Shown here in pieces: positions 1 to 15,379 of a DNA stretch of 64,000 nt. Each line of letters starts with the position of its first letter. The first letter of the stretch is position 1. The notes beneath the pieces are model-generated. The model searched no databases and had not been told where the DNA came from. It saw only the letters and a list, made by a program, of their open reading frames with translations. This stretch comes from the human T2T-CHM13v2.0 reference genome, Homo sapiens. Both the position numbers and the translations under genes were made by a program. The stretch lies in NCBI RefSeq assembly GCF_009914755.1, contig NC_060927.1. The stretch is one strand, 5' to 3'.

Positions 1-178
1 CTCCCAAGTAGCTAGGATCACAGGCATGCACCACCATGCCTGGTTAATTTTTGTATTTTTAGTAGAGATGGGGTTTCACCATGTTGCCAAGCTGGTCTTG
101 AACTCCTGACCTCAAGTGATCCCACCACCTCAGCCTCCCAAAGTGCTGGGATTATAGGTGTGAGCCACCACCCCCAGC
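1..178 (-). mobile_element. Alu (partial at window edge)
   Basis: Alu left arm and linker, antisense. Confidence 0.92.
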
Positions 179-1003
179 TTCTCTGTAGCTACCTTTTTAA
201 ATTAATAAATAATTTACTAAATTCTGGTGAGAGACTATGTTCTATATAATTTCTATATTTTAAATTTTGTTTCTCTTTATAAAATGATTTTGTCATGGTT
301 GTTTGAAAACAACTGGTATGTTTTGCATTGGGTACAAAGTTTTATATATGCCTATTGGAACAAACATGGTCATTGTATTATTTTTTAAATCTGTATGTTA
401 ATTTTTGATTACTGTATCTGTCCATTTCTGAAACAGGCGTTATTATACCCCATGGTAATTACAAATTCCTTTATTTCTCCCCGTTTTGTTTATGTGTAAC
501 AACTCTGCTGAGTTGCTAGGAACAAAAAAGGTTATAACTCATATTCTTGGGGTAGCATGACTTTGATCTATATGAATTATTCTTCTTTGTTCTATTTAAT
601 GTGATTTTCCTTGAATTCATTTTTTCTGATAATAATATTGTTACACCCTCCTTTACAATAGTAGTTGCTTGGCACAAATTTTTCAATCCCTCTTTCATTC
701 TTGCTGTTATTTCACTTTAGCATGTCTTATAAACAGCAGTAAGGTGAAGTTCTGAGACAGTTTTAACCTAAACCAAAGGTTGCCTTTTAATACAAAATAT
801 GTAACACATGTACATTTTTTGTGGTTACTGGCAATTGTAAACTTTTAACTTCTTTAATTTAATATTTTTAATTTACTATGGTTTATGGTTGCTCTTTTTT
901 CCTCTTCATGCCTTTTGTGGGTTAGAAAATACATATTTCTATTCTTCTAGAAATTACCAGTAAAGTAAAGTACCAGTAAAGTATTTCACCCTTATATGAA
1001 AGT

Positions 1004-1464
1004 TGTCAGAATCAAAATGGAGTCACTCATATTAAAAACCTTGACAAATAGAGCCAGGGGAAGCCATGAAGCAGGGGCAGCGGGGGTCTCATATGCAAAT
1101 GCCTGATAATAAGAACTATCATAAAAGACTGCAAAAACCACACCCTTACACAACAGCCATCACAACCGTACACACACACACACAAAAATGCTTTTGAAAG
1201 GGCATCTGCCCAGCAACTGCCTCTCCAACCTCTGACTGGTGCCACCCTTGTAACTAATTTTTGTAGCCAAAGATCTCAAAACAATTTAACTCAAAACGAT
1301 TATGTAATCCTTCTCATTTTTCCATTAAAAACCTTTGTCTTCCTTTACCTCCCTGAATATGCACACACTTTACTATGGTATGTGAATTCCCTTGCAATGT
1401 TCCTTCCCAAATAAATATCATTTTACTTTAGAGAGCCTCTCTCTGGCTGTTATTTCGGTTGGCA
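1004..1464 (+). mobile_element. ERV1 solo LTR (MER34/MER39-like) within old antisense L1M sequence
   Basis: TG...CA termini, AATAAA near the 3' end, TGTCAGAATCAAAATGGAGTCACT start. Confidence 0.6.
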
Positions 1465-3461
1465 CTCATTACAAAACAATATGATTTAGATACAACCACA
1501 ATTTTTACTGATTTCTTTATATACCTATATTTCCTTTATCCCATATCTTCATTTTCCTTGAATTTATATTTTATTTTCCTGGAGTTGTCTGTGGAAGTAA
1601 ACTTTCTGAGTTGTTGCATATTTTGAAAATGCCTTTATTTTGCCTTTCTTCTTATATATTAGTTTGCCTGGATATAGAATTTTAGATTCACAATCATCTT
1701 CCTTCAGAATTTTGAAGCTATTACACCATGATCTTCAATAATCCAGTGGTGTCAGTGTTTAGGAATGCGGTTTTCTCCACTGATTGATCTTCACCTGTGT
1801 TCTTCTTCAAGAGGACAGAAATGTCTCATTTACTGATGGCAGTTGTCCAGCACTGAATTTATTCCTTCCAAAAATATATCTTTTCTGACATTATTAGAGA
1901 TAGCTTTATGGTGAAGATGTTTAGCTTGCCCTCTTAGGCCAATCACCATCTCTTCTCTTTAAAGATACTATCAGCGTTCATTGTCATCAAACTTTTAATG
2001 ACCTACCATGATTATACTTTTGGCCTATGCAAACATTCATAATAGTTTTGTTGTAATAGAATTCTACTCTGTTTAATGTTATAAATACAAGGATTAAATC
2101 CTTCTTACAATACTAAGTATTTCATTTATATCACACGATCCTAATATAAAGCATAAATACAACAATCAAGTCTCATGAGAAAATGTTGAGATTTTTACTG
2201 GCATTTTCTAACTAACCTTGATATCACAGTGTCCAATAGGTCTGGATACATAAGTAGTATATTTATTGTAGTTTTTCAGAATAAAAAATTAGACCTTTGC
2301 TTTAAACTCTGAGGTACTTCACCTGAAAAGTTTTCTGTAGATTGTAGAAAATCTTAAGGACTATATTATTTTTAAATGCAATCAATATACTTTTAAAAAT
2401 GAAATTATTCCTATACATCTTGACTTGTCAGACATCCAGTGTATCTACTATTTGCTCCAGCTCTGTGACTCATTCAGGTATATTTATTCAATCTCTGCTA
2501 TCTAGAGAGTTTCAGTTGTAGTCATTATGACATTTAGCATCAGAAGCCCTAGATTCGTGTCTCAGTCCAACTACTTGCTACTACGCTTATGAGCCTCAAT
2601 AAGATTCTTAATCCCTCTCAGCCTCAGCTTCCTTTTCTGTAAAATTAATATCATAACATGTGCATTGTTTACATTCACTATATAAAATTATATATCTACA
2701 TATAAGCACTATGAAGACTTTTAGCCAAAATGATTGTATGTTTGAATAACACCATCAGAGGTCTTAAGTGTCAGAAGCTGAAATTTATGTACAGTTTTGG
2801 GGAAAATGAATACTTCTGTTTGGGGGCCATTATGTTGCCAGGTCAACCATCACGTTTCAACGTATATATAATTGGAACCCAATTTATTTCTGAAACTAGA
2901 ATCTGGAAAGGCTGTTACTTATCATTTGAGAAAAGGTAACTCATGTTCAAGACAATAAAGCTCCAATAGCCTTTCTACATCACATACCACTCCAGTTAAG
3001 CTGAAAATCTGGAATACCAGTCATCATAAATAAAGGAAAAGATAGGAGAGACTCCAAGGAAGTATGTCCCTACAGCTTATCAAATGTTGTAAATAAAATA
3101 AAACCTAAAGTAGCAAAAACACCTATTTTTTAACAGTATTTTGCTATTTCAAAAAAAGGCTTTCATGTACATTATTTCATTTGATCTTCCTGGCAGGTAG
3201 GTTTAGCAAATGTTATTTTTTTCACAAATTACAGATGAAACTGAGTTTCAGAGAAGTGATGTTACATTCCTGAAATCATATACCTGGTAGGCAGAGCTGG
3301 CCCTGGGCCTCTGATTACTAATATTAATCTGCTCTCAGAGAAGCTGTCATAAAGCACCTCCACTAACCAGCTGTCTAAACTAATCAACATCCTCCATTCC
3401 TTCTGTAGAACATCACCTGCCCCACGTGCTGCTGCCTCATTTGGCCCTTATGTCACCATGA

Positions 3462-3812
<351 letters not shown>

Positions 3813-4884
3813 TAATGCTAATTTTACATCCGATTGTAACTGCATATTAAAAGATAATGAAACTGATTAAATGAATGAAAAAAAAAATGGTTGTCACTTC
3901 TAGGACACATAAATTGACTACTTTGGAAAAACTAAAAGCAAATTGCTAAAGAGGACTGTGGTCAAATAAGATATTAGATAAATATAAATATTGGTGAAAA
4001 ATAATCGTAAAAATCTAAGTGGATTTTGCAATGATTGCTTTAAAATATTAAGTTCTCATTTTATTTTAAATAAAAACAAGACACTGTATCAAATATATTA
4101 TAGCTAGAATTCATAAAAAAGAAACACTAGAACTCTAATTACTAAGTAATCAAAAGAAAACTCAGCCCAACATCAAAAGATGAACAGGTTACACATTTTA
4201 ATAAAATATAAAACATATCATTTTATGAATCTTTGTATTAACTGACTTTTCAATTAATTGTTAATAGTTACCCTACTAACAATTCAATAATATCAGATAA
4301 AAGGGTGTCTATTATAATACAGTTTCCAGATTCCTCCCCACAAACGATAAGATCCCAAGAATCTTGCTGGTGGGGAGAGAGCCCTACTCAAAATTTGCTT
4401 TGCTATAACTTAAAGTAATATATAATGTAAAATGTTGTCACTATTTATTATTGTTGCCATTATTTGGTATTGGAAACTCTAGCATACAAAGGCCTCTATT
4501 CTGATATGGGCAGGAGGTTGAGGGAAGCAGTTAAATTTCTCTGCAAGTTAAAGTACCAGCAAATTTTAAGCTTTGCCTGTGCGGTTTTGTTGTACAATAA
4601 ACAAGAAGAAGAGGAGGGGCCAACAACAAGCCAGCAGGAGGGGGCTCTGGAGAAAGAAGGCTGTTTACTTATGATGGAAATAGCCAGGGGCAATGCTGCC
4701 TAACACTGAACTTTAAGGTGATCCCCATTTTGTGCAGTGCTGTGGCCTCTTAGGTTATCTCTAATTTTTTAAAAAGTACTACACAAAATAACCCTGTGTT
4801 AGTAATGTTTTGGGAAATAAGAAAGGAGGAGGGATGATTCATCTTTGGGGCTAAGAAATCAACCAGAATAATAATTTAAAGTAG

Positions 4885-5577
4885 TGTTACATTAGGTAGT
4901 CAGGCAGACATGAGCAGGGTAGGAGAGATGCCCCCCTACTAACATTAGGCAACCATCAGGTGATAGTCAGGTAGTTAACTGTCTCTCCAAAATACTAATG
5001 GGTCGCAGCCGGCACCAGAGAAAGGCAGTCTCCCAATAGATGGAAAAAACTGAAACTGGTGATCAGCAGCTTTCCGATAAGATCTCAGGAATTGGGTGAG
5101 TGGTCTCAAGCATGTGCGTTAAGAGCCAAAATGGCAGAGTTTAACTGGTATATGACCTTCCTCTAGGAACACTCAACTGGTAAGGGAAGAATGCCTCACC
5201 TGAGCATGCATACAACTCCAGTAAACTCACTGTGCCTGTGGTCCCTCCCATGTGCTAGCAGGCCACTGTGCATGCAGACAGCCCACTTCAAAGGAAGAAT
5301 CAGGTGAGAAGGGACAGAAGATGCTGGAACATACAAAACTGTAAGTCAAAGGTCAAACTGGGCACTTGACTCTCTCACATCACCTGCTTGGCCCTCTTCC
5401 AAGTGTACTTTACTTCCTCTCATTCCTACTTAAAACTTTTTAATAAACTTTCATTCCTGCTTAAAACTTGCCTCAGTCTCTGACTCTGCCTTATGACCCA
5501 CCTCAGTTGAATTCTCTCTTCTTAGAAGGCAAGAACTGAAGTTGCTGCAGACCTGTATAAATTAGGCACCGCTAACA
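4885..5577 (+). mobile_element. ERV1 solo LTR (MER50-like)
   Basis: TGTTAC...CTAACA termini, AATAAA ~5442, flanked by GTAG on both sides. Confidence 0.8.
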
Positions 5578-5581
5578 GTAG

Positions 5582-6677
5582 TGACACACGATTCTTTCGG
5601 TAACCTCTGTGGCCAGTGGTGCCTCTGCCTGAGTTTCACTTTTGACTGCTGAGCTGGCTCCACCCACTCGGCCTGGCAGGCTGTACTGAGCTTGCGCTAC
5701 TGGCCCAGATCCCATGCCCACTGTGGACAAGCCAGGCACAGAATGGCAAGGGGTGTGTGAGTGAGCAAGTGTAGGGTCCAGCCATGATGCACAGCCAGGT
5801 GTGCCAGCTGCTGCAGTGGGGTGGGCAGCTCCAGGCACCAGCACAGGCGTGAGTTTTGTGAGGGGCTGTAGCTGGGCCAGGCAGCAGCATCTGGACAGGG
5901 GGAATGCAGTGGTGCCCAAAAACTCAGAGACACCAGCAACCACAGAGCCCCAAGGGGGTGTTACAGCATGTCACAGCTCTGACTCAGGGAGTCCCGAGGT
6001 CTGGGTCCCCAGAAGGGTCACAGCTCTCTTGTCTTGTAGTCTGGCGAATGGGAACATGTCACTGCTGGCAGCTTGGCAGGCCAGCCAGGAACATGTTTCA
6101 GCTTATTTGTGTTATAGCTTGTTTGGTCCTGCTGCCCCACTCTGGCCCATGATGGCTCCTGGGCTGGCCTGGCCCCACCACCACTTCCCATCACATGGGA
6201 CAGCCATCCAGCACTGGCATAGGGTGAGAGGGATTCAGTGTTACAGCTCCTTTCGCATCCGGGCAGGCTCCAGGTTCATGTCCTGTGTCCAAGAGGAATG
6301 AGGTTATGTGGACAACCAGAGCGTGAGCAAGGTGGAGAAGAGTTTTATTGAGTGACAAAACAGCTGCTAACACCAGAGGGGACCTTAAGTGGGTAGCCCC
6401 TACCCAAAGGCAGGTAGTTCCGACATGTCGCTGAGTCTGGGGTTTTTATGGGCTCAGAATAGGGGAGTGTGTGCTGAGTGGTCCACGGACTGGCCTGGAA
6501 AAAGCACCATTCAATTAGCTAAATAGTATCAAGAAAGTTCTCACTTCGGGTTGTGGACCCAACCTGGAACTGGCAGCCCAGTTTTCAGGCTCTAAGCTGT
6601 CTTTGCCTTGAACATCAGGTTTCACCAAGGACCTGCCCCTGTCTGCCTAGGAATTTGGCTGTCTCCTGCTGCTATCA
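5582..6677 (-). mobile_element. ERV1 solo LTR (MER52-like)
   Basis: Minus strand begins TGATAGCAGCAGGAGACAGCCAAATTCCTAGGCAGAC and ends TCA; GC-rich; flanked by GTAG. Confidence 0.8.
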
Positions 6678-6780
6678 GTAGGAGATAACCAGGAGAATGC
6701 AACCCTCTTGGGAATCTTTGATAATCTTAGAGAGCGAACAGGACATTCCAGAGTTACATGGGACGAGATTTGAATCCGTT

Positions 6781-7068
6781 TGTTTTCTTTTCTTTTTTGT
6801 TTGAGACAGGGTCTTGCTGTGTTGCCAGGCTGGAGTGCAGTAGCATAATCACAGCTCCTCTCGGGCTCAAACAATCCTCCTGCCTCAGCCTCCTGAGTAG
6901 GTGGGACTACAGGCATGTGATTCACCACACCTGGCTAATGTTTTTACTTATTGGGAATCACAAGTCTCACTTTGTTGCCCAGGCTGGTCTCAAACTCCTG
7001 GGCTCAAGCAATCCTCCTGCCTTGGCATCCCAAAGTGCTGGGATTACAGGCAAGAGCCACTGTGCCTG
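6781..7068 (-). mobile_element. AluJ
   Basis: Diverged Alu dimer; TSD-like GAATCC(G/A)TTT. Confidence 0.9.
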
Positions 7069-8113
7069 GTGGAATCCATTTATCAACAGAAGGAGAAAAT
7101 GGAAAGAAAATCCCAGAAGACATAGTACTTGGGTATGTCCAGATTACATGTTTATGAAAATTATGGAGAACAGACTCTCCCCGTGTTTATTCAAAGGAAA
7201 ATTAGGACAAAGCCTGCAAAAACATTCATACTGTGCCTCCCTTAGAATTGAAGCAAAGTTTCCAAATTTAATTGTGCAAGGCCTTGACTGTGCTGAAGTG
7301 TTTATCTGTAAAAATATGGTAATAAAAAAGAGCTTATATGTCTGTGAACATATGAATTTAAAGAGAATATTCTCTTCAGTTAGTTATTATTTTCATTCCA
7401 GAGCTTTTAAAATTGAGTATCATAATTAGTATAATTGTGATAAGTTAATACTGAAATTCCACTGAGGAAAAAAATGCGAAATGCTTACGTATTTAGGTTT
7501 CTTTGATCATGGGCTTTGAGTTTTTTCATAATTTCATTTAAATATGATATGATTCATTTAATTTAACTTAATTTATTTATTTATTCTCTGCTTCATACCA
7601 GAATAGATGTAAGTCTACCTACAAAAACAAGGAGAAGGGAAAACTAGACACTTACAAAGAGATTTGTAAAGTTAAAAAGAGAACAGTTTCTCAGGAGTAA
7701 TACAATTGTTCTTACATTGAAAAGCAGTTAGGCAGTTCTCTGAGTATCCTCATAAATAGAAACCATGATATAAAAAAAACACATCCTTGACAACATTCCT
7801 AAAAGACAGACGACAATGAGTGTCATTTGTGCTGTTTCCCTCCCTGTCTCTCAGCCCAGGCTGTTGACAGCACAGACTGATGACATCACATTGTCATGCT
7901 GATTGCATGACAATTCAGCAAGACCAGTTCTCAGGGTGACAAGGGGTAGCAGAGGCTAATTGAAATGCAATACACATTCTCAGTTTCTCTGTGGATCTGA
8001 TTTGATCCAGGGGTGAACTATAAACTGCCTGGAGCGATATCCCCTGTATACTGTTTCAATCAAACTACGGATAAATATTGGACGGCAGTAACTTACTGCT
8101 GGGATAATGACAC

Positions 8114-8936
8114 TATAATCCAGGAATAAAATGTGAATGCCCCACAACTATGTGAATAGACTTCCTCCTCTAGGCCAGGGTCCTCTAAATTTAATCTGAA
8201 AGACTGGTTCAGGCCATGATTCAGGGGCTGGAGAGGGGATCAGACATGCCTCATTATGTCCTCCTCCCTTTTGAATTCAGGAAAAGCCAACCAGCATTTA
8301 ACATTAACAGGACCTTAAGTCTGATAAACAGTTACAATTTATTCTCTCTGAAGCCTGCTACCTGGAAGCTTCATCTGCATGATAAAACTTTAGTCTCCAC
8401 AACCTCTTATCTTAACCCAGATATTCCTTTCTATTGACAATAACTTTTTCAACCAGTTGCCAACCCAAAAAATTTTTAATCTACCTATAACTTAAAAGCC
8501 CCACCCCATTCCACACCCCACCTCCACTTCGAGTTGCCCTGCCTTTCTGGATCCTCCTCTGATCAATACTTCCCTTTCAACACCTAGTTTTATTATCCAA
8601 CTATAGATTCTCTTCCAAAGTCAGTCTTACATTCTAAAATCCATTTATTTCTTTTCTTCCCCTCTTAACTCTCAAGAAACTCTGAGCTAAACAAAATGCA
8701 TAAAAGCATCTATAATTCCTTCTCTAAGTCTACAGCAATCCAACATATACCTTAAATGTATTTCATTGATGTCTCACATGTCCCTAAGATGTATAAAACC
8801 AGGCTGCACCCCTGACCACTTTGGGCACATGTTCTCAGGATCTCCTGAAAGCTGAGTCATGGGCCATGGCCACTTATATTTGGCTCAGTTTAAATCTCTT
8901 CAAATATTTTATAGAGTTTGACTCTTTTTGTCAACA
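8114..8936 (+). mobile_element. MER4-family ERV1 solo LTR interrupted by the 184-bp insert
   Basis: MER4-type 3' end (GAGTTTGACTCTTTTTGTCAACA); 4-bp TSD ACAC at 8110-8113 and 8937-8940. Confidence 0.8.
8554..8737 (+). repeat. 184-bp direct copy of 12228-12411
   Basis: Ungapped alignment with 6 mismatches by manual count. Confidence 0.95.
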
Positions 8937-9090
8937 ACACCATAGGCTCAAATGCCTAACTTTGCAAATGGGTAGTGACTAAATCCAGGAAGATCCCTGC
9001 TGTCAAGCATTCACCTCTTACTTGCTGGTTCATGTAGGGGTCTAGAAGGCCCAAAGGGAGGAGCCTGGTGTTGGGGAGGTTGAACAATAG

Positions 9091-9418
<328 letters not shown>

Positions 9419-10201
9419 GAAATTATTTTAATAATATAACAGCTGGTATGGACAGTCATATATGCCAGCTGATGTCAACTCTCCAACACATAACAAAATT
9501 ACAAATATATATATATATATCGTTTGACTTGAGGCTTTTTAAACTTGAGCTTCAGGGACTCTACTGCTAGTTTCATGGTAAAAATCTAAGTGCATTGTTT
9601 GTAAGACAGACAATAAACAATGCTAAATTTCATCAAGTCTTCCCTGTAATATGCCTGTAGGGCACTATCTGTCCCCACTGTTGTTTATTAAAGAGATGTG
9701 ATAAGCCCAAGATAGTTAATGGACATCTGCCCTGCCATGTGGCCTCTGAATGTTGAGGAGACACATACACTGTCAGAGTGTATACAGTGCATCCTCCTAC
9801 ACCCCACCCTGAGCTGGCCCAACTCTCTGGAATCAAGGTTAGGGTAGGGAGTGTGATCCAAGCCATACACAAATCCAACACAGAGCACTAAGAGAGTGCT
9901 TATCCAGCTTCTCAGTGTCCTGCGGTTGCATTCAGACAACAGTGCTCTTTCGGCTAGGGTTAGGTTCAACTTCACTTAACTGAAAATTCAAAAGAGAAGA
10001 GGTTAAACACATGGGGTTTCTTCTCTCATATATAGCAAGTCCATAAACAGGCAGTCCAGAGCCCCAGACTCCATCTATTATTCTGCCCCACCAGCTGCAG
10101 CACATCCATATAGCACGGTTACTTCATGGTCCAAGGCAGCTATCAGACTTCCAGCATCGTGTTGGCATTCCAGGAAGCGGAAGGAATAAGAAAGAATACC
10201 A

Positions 10202-10985
<784 letters not shown>

Positions 10986-11569
10986 GCAATCTTTTTGGAT
11001 AACCCATTCAACACTTCTGCCTACATCCCATTGGCTACACCTCGCAAGGAAAGCTGTGAAACGTAGTATAGTCTTTTAGCTGGGCACACTGCAGCCCAGA
11101 ATAAAATCAGGATTCTGTTTTACTATGAAAAAAGGAGAGAATGGATATTAGCTGGCAACCCACAATCTCCACCACAAACCAATTACAGCAAATCATATAG
11201 CAAAGCAACAAAGAATGGCAACTACATGATTTATTATTTATGCTGAACTAACCCAAGTCAGAAGATCAACCAAAAATTCTGCAGCACTAGATCTTTCTTG
11301 AGAAAAAAGGTATAATTTAACTTTTTAAAATAAAATGCAAATTATGTCCTTGGTGACTTCACCCTTTGACTTGGCACAAACTCTTCCCAAAATGTCCCCT
11401 AAGGTGGAACAATCTAGATCACATTTGGCTCCACCTTTACTATTTTCTTAATTTATTGATAGTTTCTCTCATCATAATTCCATTACATAAGGAGGGAATC
11501 CCACAACCTCAGTAATCAGAAGTGAATTCTCTATAAATCAGCCTTGATGAAAAAGAAAATAAGCTAGAA

Positions 11570-11850
11570 GGCTGGGCTCAGTGACTCACACCTGTAATCC
11601 CAGCACTTTGGGAGGTTAAAGCAGGAGGATCGCTTGAGGCCAGAGTTTGAGACCAGCTTGGGTAACATAGTGAGATCCCATCTCTAAAGAAAAAGGCAAC
11701 CAGGCATAGTGGCACACACCTGTAGTTCTAGCTGCTCGGGAAGCTGAGGTGGAAGGATCACTTGAACCCAGGAGTTCAAGGTTACAGTGAGCTATTATTG
11801 CACCACTGCACTCCAGCCTGGGTGGCAGAGTGAGACCCTATCTCTAAATA
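11570..11850 (+). mobile_element. AluJ with (TA)n-converted tail
   Basis: Diverged Alu dimer. Confidence 0.92.
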
Positions 11851-12227
11851 TATATATGTATATACACACATATATATACAAGCTAGTAATTCAGATTTTT
11901 CTTAAAACAGAAATCTGGACTTTTATATGAAAAAATGACAGCTAATTTGCTTTTTAAAAAAAACAATGTGTGAGCCTCTATTTGACCAAGACCTAAACTC
12001 TGCTTGGTTAAGTGTCCACTATACTCTTGACGTTCCTCACTTTTGTTGTCATAGGGATGCAGTTCTTTCCACAGAAAATCTTGCCTGCCTTTTTCTCCCT
12101 GTTCTTTCTTCCCTTTTTTCTCCCTTTTCTTTCCATTTCTCTTCTTTCATCTATCTTTACCAAGATAATTTTCCTTCTAATGACCTTGTTACCCATTCCT
12201 TCTTCTACACACTTCTTTCCTGAAATG

Positions 12228-12411
12228 CTCCTCTGATCAATACTTCCCTTTCAACATCCAGTTTTATTATCCAACTATAGATTCTCTTCCAAAGTCAGTC
12301 TTACATTCTAAAATCCATTTATTTCTTTTCTTCCTCCCTTAACTCTCAAGAAACTCTGAGCTAAACAAAATGCACAAAAGCATCTATAATGCCTTCTCTA
12401 AGTCTACAGCA
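12228..12411 (+). repeat. Probable donor of the 184-bp duplication
   Basis: Matches 8554-8737 and sits in non-LTR flanking sequence. Confidence 0.93.
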
Positions 12412-14240
12412 CGAGGCTACAAACCAAATGCCATCAGCAGTTAGTCAGGCAATATTCTTGACAATCGACAGTGACAACTGCAATGACAATTGATACGTAG
12501 CTTCCTTGTAGAAGAACCAATAGGACATAGTAGTTATTGTGACAAATTCAAGAACCCATCCCTTATCTAAGGTAGAGCAATTGCTACCAGCTCTTCTTAA
12601 TTTTTTAAATATAAGCTGGAAAGTCCGGTTTTTTTCTTAAAAGAAGAAATAAATCGGAATTTTCATATGAAATATACAACTAATTTACCTTCTAAATACA
12701 ATGGGTAGACCTATATTTTCAACCTTTGATCTATAGCACATATTGAATTACTCTCTAATCGATTCAAACATACATACCTCATCACAAAACCTGGAAGAGT
12801 GCTAAGCACATTGTAGGCCCTCAATAAAAGTTGATTGATGTTGTAACTGAGTCAATGGACTTATTCATACTCTTCACTTAGGGAGGAATTTCTGGACTGT
12901 TTCAGTGCTTGGGTAAGGTTAAGAAATATTACCTTGACTATGATGAAAATAAGGGAGATACAATCACTTTTTTCTTCCTAACCAGTGGTTTTATACTTCA
13001 TTTGTTATCACCTAAACCCTATGATTATGATAAATTAGCTTTAGTATGCTGCACACAAGCTTTAGTGATTTCTTTATTCATGAGTGACTATAGGCCTTTA
13101 ATTAATAACCACCGAAACTGTATTTTACTGGTCCATGTCTTACATGTCACCAATTGGCCAGACTTATTCACTCTTTCCCTGCGAAAACACCACTAAATGT
13201 AATGACTCGAATGGTATGCTTAACCTCCATGACAGAATTATAACATGAGAAAAAAAAAAACATGAAATTTGGAGGCAGACAAACCTGAGTTCAAATCCTA
13301 GCTATGACACTTGTTGTATATTCTTAAGCAAGTAATAAACTTCTTGGGGGTCTCATTTTTCTCATCTGTAAAATGGGACAATAAACTCCACTTACAAAGT
13401 TGTTATGAAGAGTATGAAGAGTAAATAAATAATATAAAATGCTTGGCAGTTTTCCTGGCCCACAGTGGAGAATACAAAATATTAGTAGCAACTCCCTTTG
13501 CTTACTCACTGTGTATCTCAGTTCAGAATGTTTTCTCTTTTTAGCTATAAAGTGGGTCAACTCATATTTACCTAGTATTCATAGTATTTTAACTTCCTAT
13601 ATAGTACTTGGAAACACTAAGAAAATTTGCCAGGTTTCAATTATAAAAGTGAGTAGATGGGCAAACTAATTTAACAAAAACACAATTACACAATTTACAG
13701 GTTGGTTCATTTCCTAGCCATAAAACAATCCAAAGATTCCTTGCTATAAAACAACACTAATACACATTTCTAAAAGTGTTCTGAAGTGAAGGTTTTTAGT
13801 ACAATAACAAATTTACACCACCGGTAGATAAAAAATTTGTGCATGTGTGTGTGCACATGGACACACACACACACACACACCACTGGTGGATAAAGGGTCA
13901 TCACTCTAAAAAAGTTAATTTTTTTCCTAAGTATCAGATATATTCATAATTCAAGGTTTAATTTCATGATAGATGCCAAAGAGAAATTTATTCTCACATT
14001 CAAAATACATGTATTGAAACTTTGCTTTCAACTTAGATGAAGTAACAAGGACTGAATTTACTCTTCCACCTAAAACAACCAAATCACAGGACAAAATATA
14101 AGAAACAACAGTTTTTCAAAACACTCCACATCAAACAAAGGACAGTGATTCCTGAGGGATGGGAAACAAATAAGGTGAGCCCTGCAATTGGCCCATCTTT
14201 CTGCCTTGAAAGAGTGTCCCAGGCCGGAGCACAGAAAAGG

Positions 14241-15379
14241 TGTCTTAGTCTGTTTTGTGTTACTATAACAGAATACCACAAACTGGGTAATTTATTTTAT
14301 AAAGGAACTCATTTCTCACAGTTCTGGATGCTGGCAAGTCCACAGTGAAGGGCTTGCATATGGTGAAGACTTTTTTGCTGCATCATCCCACAGTAGAAGG
14401 CAGAAGGGCAGGACAGAATGCATACGGACTTTTTAACGATAAATTCTGTCTTTAAATCGTCTCTTTCCTGTCTTATTTTACTGTAAGAAGTTAAAAGTAG
14501 CCATGCACAGCATGGAGGACTTGCTGTTTAGATATTTCTTTCACCAGATATCCTAGTCCATCACTCTTAACTTTCACCCTTCATAAAGCCTCTGGGCACG
14601 GACACTGTTCAGCCCAGTTATTTGCTACTTTATAACAAGGGTGGCCTTTGCTCTAGTTTCCAATACCTTGTTCTTCAGTTCCATCTGAAACCTCATCAGA
14701 ATGGCCTTTACTGTCCATATTTCTTTCATTATGCTGGTCACAACCACCTAAATAATCTCTAATAAGTTCCAGACTTTCTCTCGTCTTCTCTGTTTTTGAG
14801 CCCTCACCAGGATTGCCCTTAATGCACCATTCACAGCAATCCAAGCTTTTTCTACCTTGCTACACCAAATTCTTCCAGCCTCTATCCATTATCCAGTTCC
14901 TAAGCCACTTCCACATTTGTGGGTATTTCTCATAGCAACAGCCCTACTTCTCAGTACCAATTTTCTGTCTTAGTCCATATTATGTTGCTATAACTGAATA
15001 CCACAGATTAAGCAATTTCTAAAGAAAAGAAATTCATTTCTCACAGTTCCGGAAACTGGGAAGTCCAAGGTCAAGAAGAGTGCATCTGGTGAGGGCCTTC
15101 TTGCTGAGTCATTCCATGGCAGAAAGCAGAAGAGCAAGAGAGCACACAGGGGAAGGGAGCAAAACTCATCCTTTTATCAGGAACTTGCTCCTGCAATAAC
15201 TAACCCACTCCCATAACAACAACATTAATTCTTTCATGAGGGCAGAGCTAATGCCCTAATCATGACCTAATCATCCTCATGACCTAATCATCCCTTGAAA
15301 GTCCCAACTCTCAATATTGTTACATTGGAGATTAAGCTTCTAACACACAAACTTTAGGGAACACGTTCTAGTCACAGCA
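14241..15379 (-). mobile_element. Internally deleted MaLR (MST-like) provirus: 5' LTR 15379-14966, internal 14965-~14450, partial 3' LTR to 14241
   Basis: Two copies of the TGTCTTAGTC LTR terminus; internal start GAAAATTGGTACTGAGAAG on the minus strand. Confidence 0.75.

Noticed and set aside
5572-6373. Cluster of overlapping ORFs
   Set aside because: GC-rich MER52-like LTR sequence.
6758-7429. 223-aa ORF
   Set aside because: The first half is antisense Alu translation; no true ATG context or homology evident.
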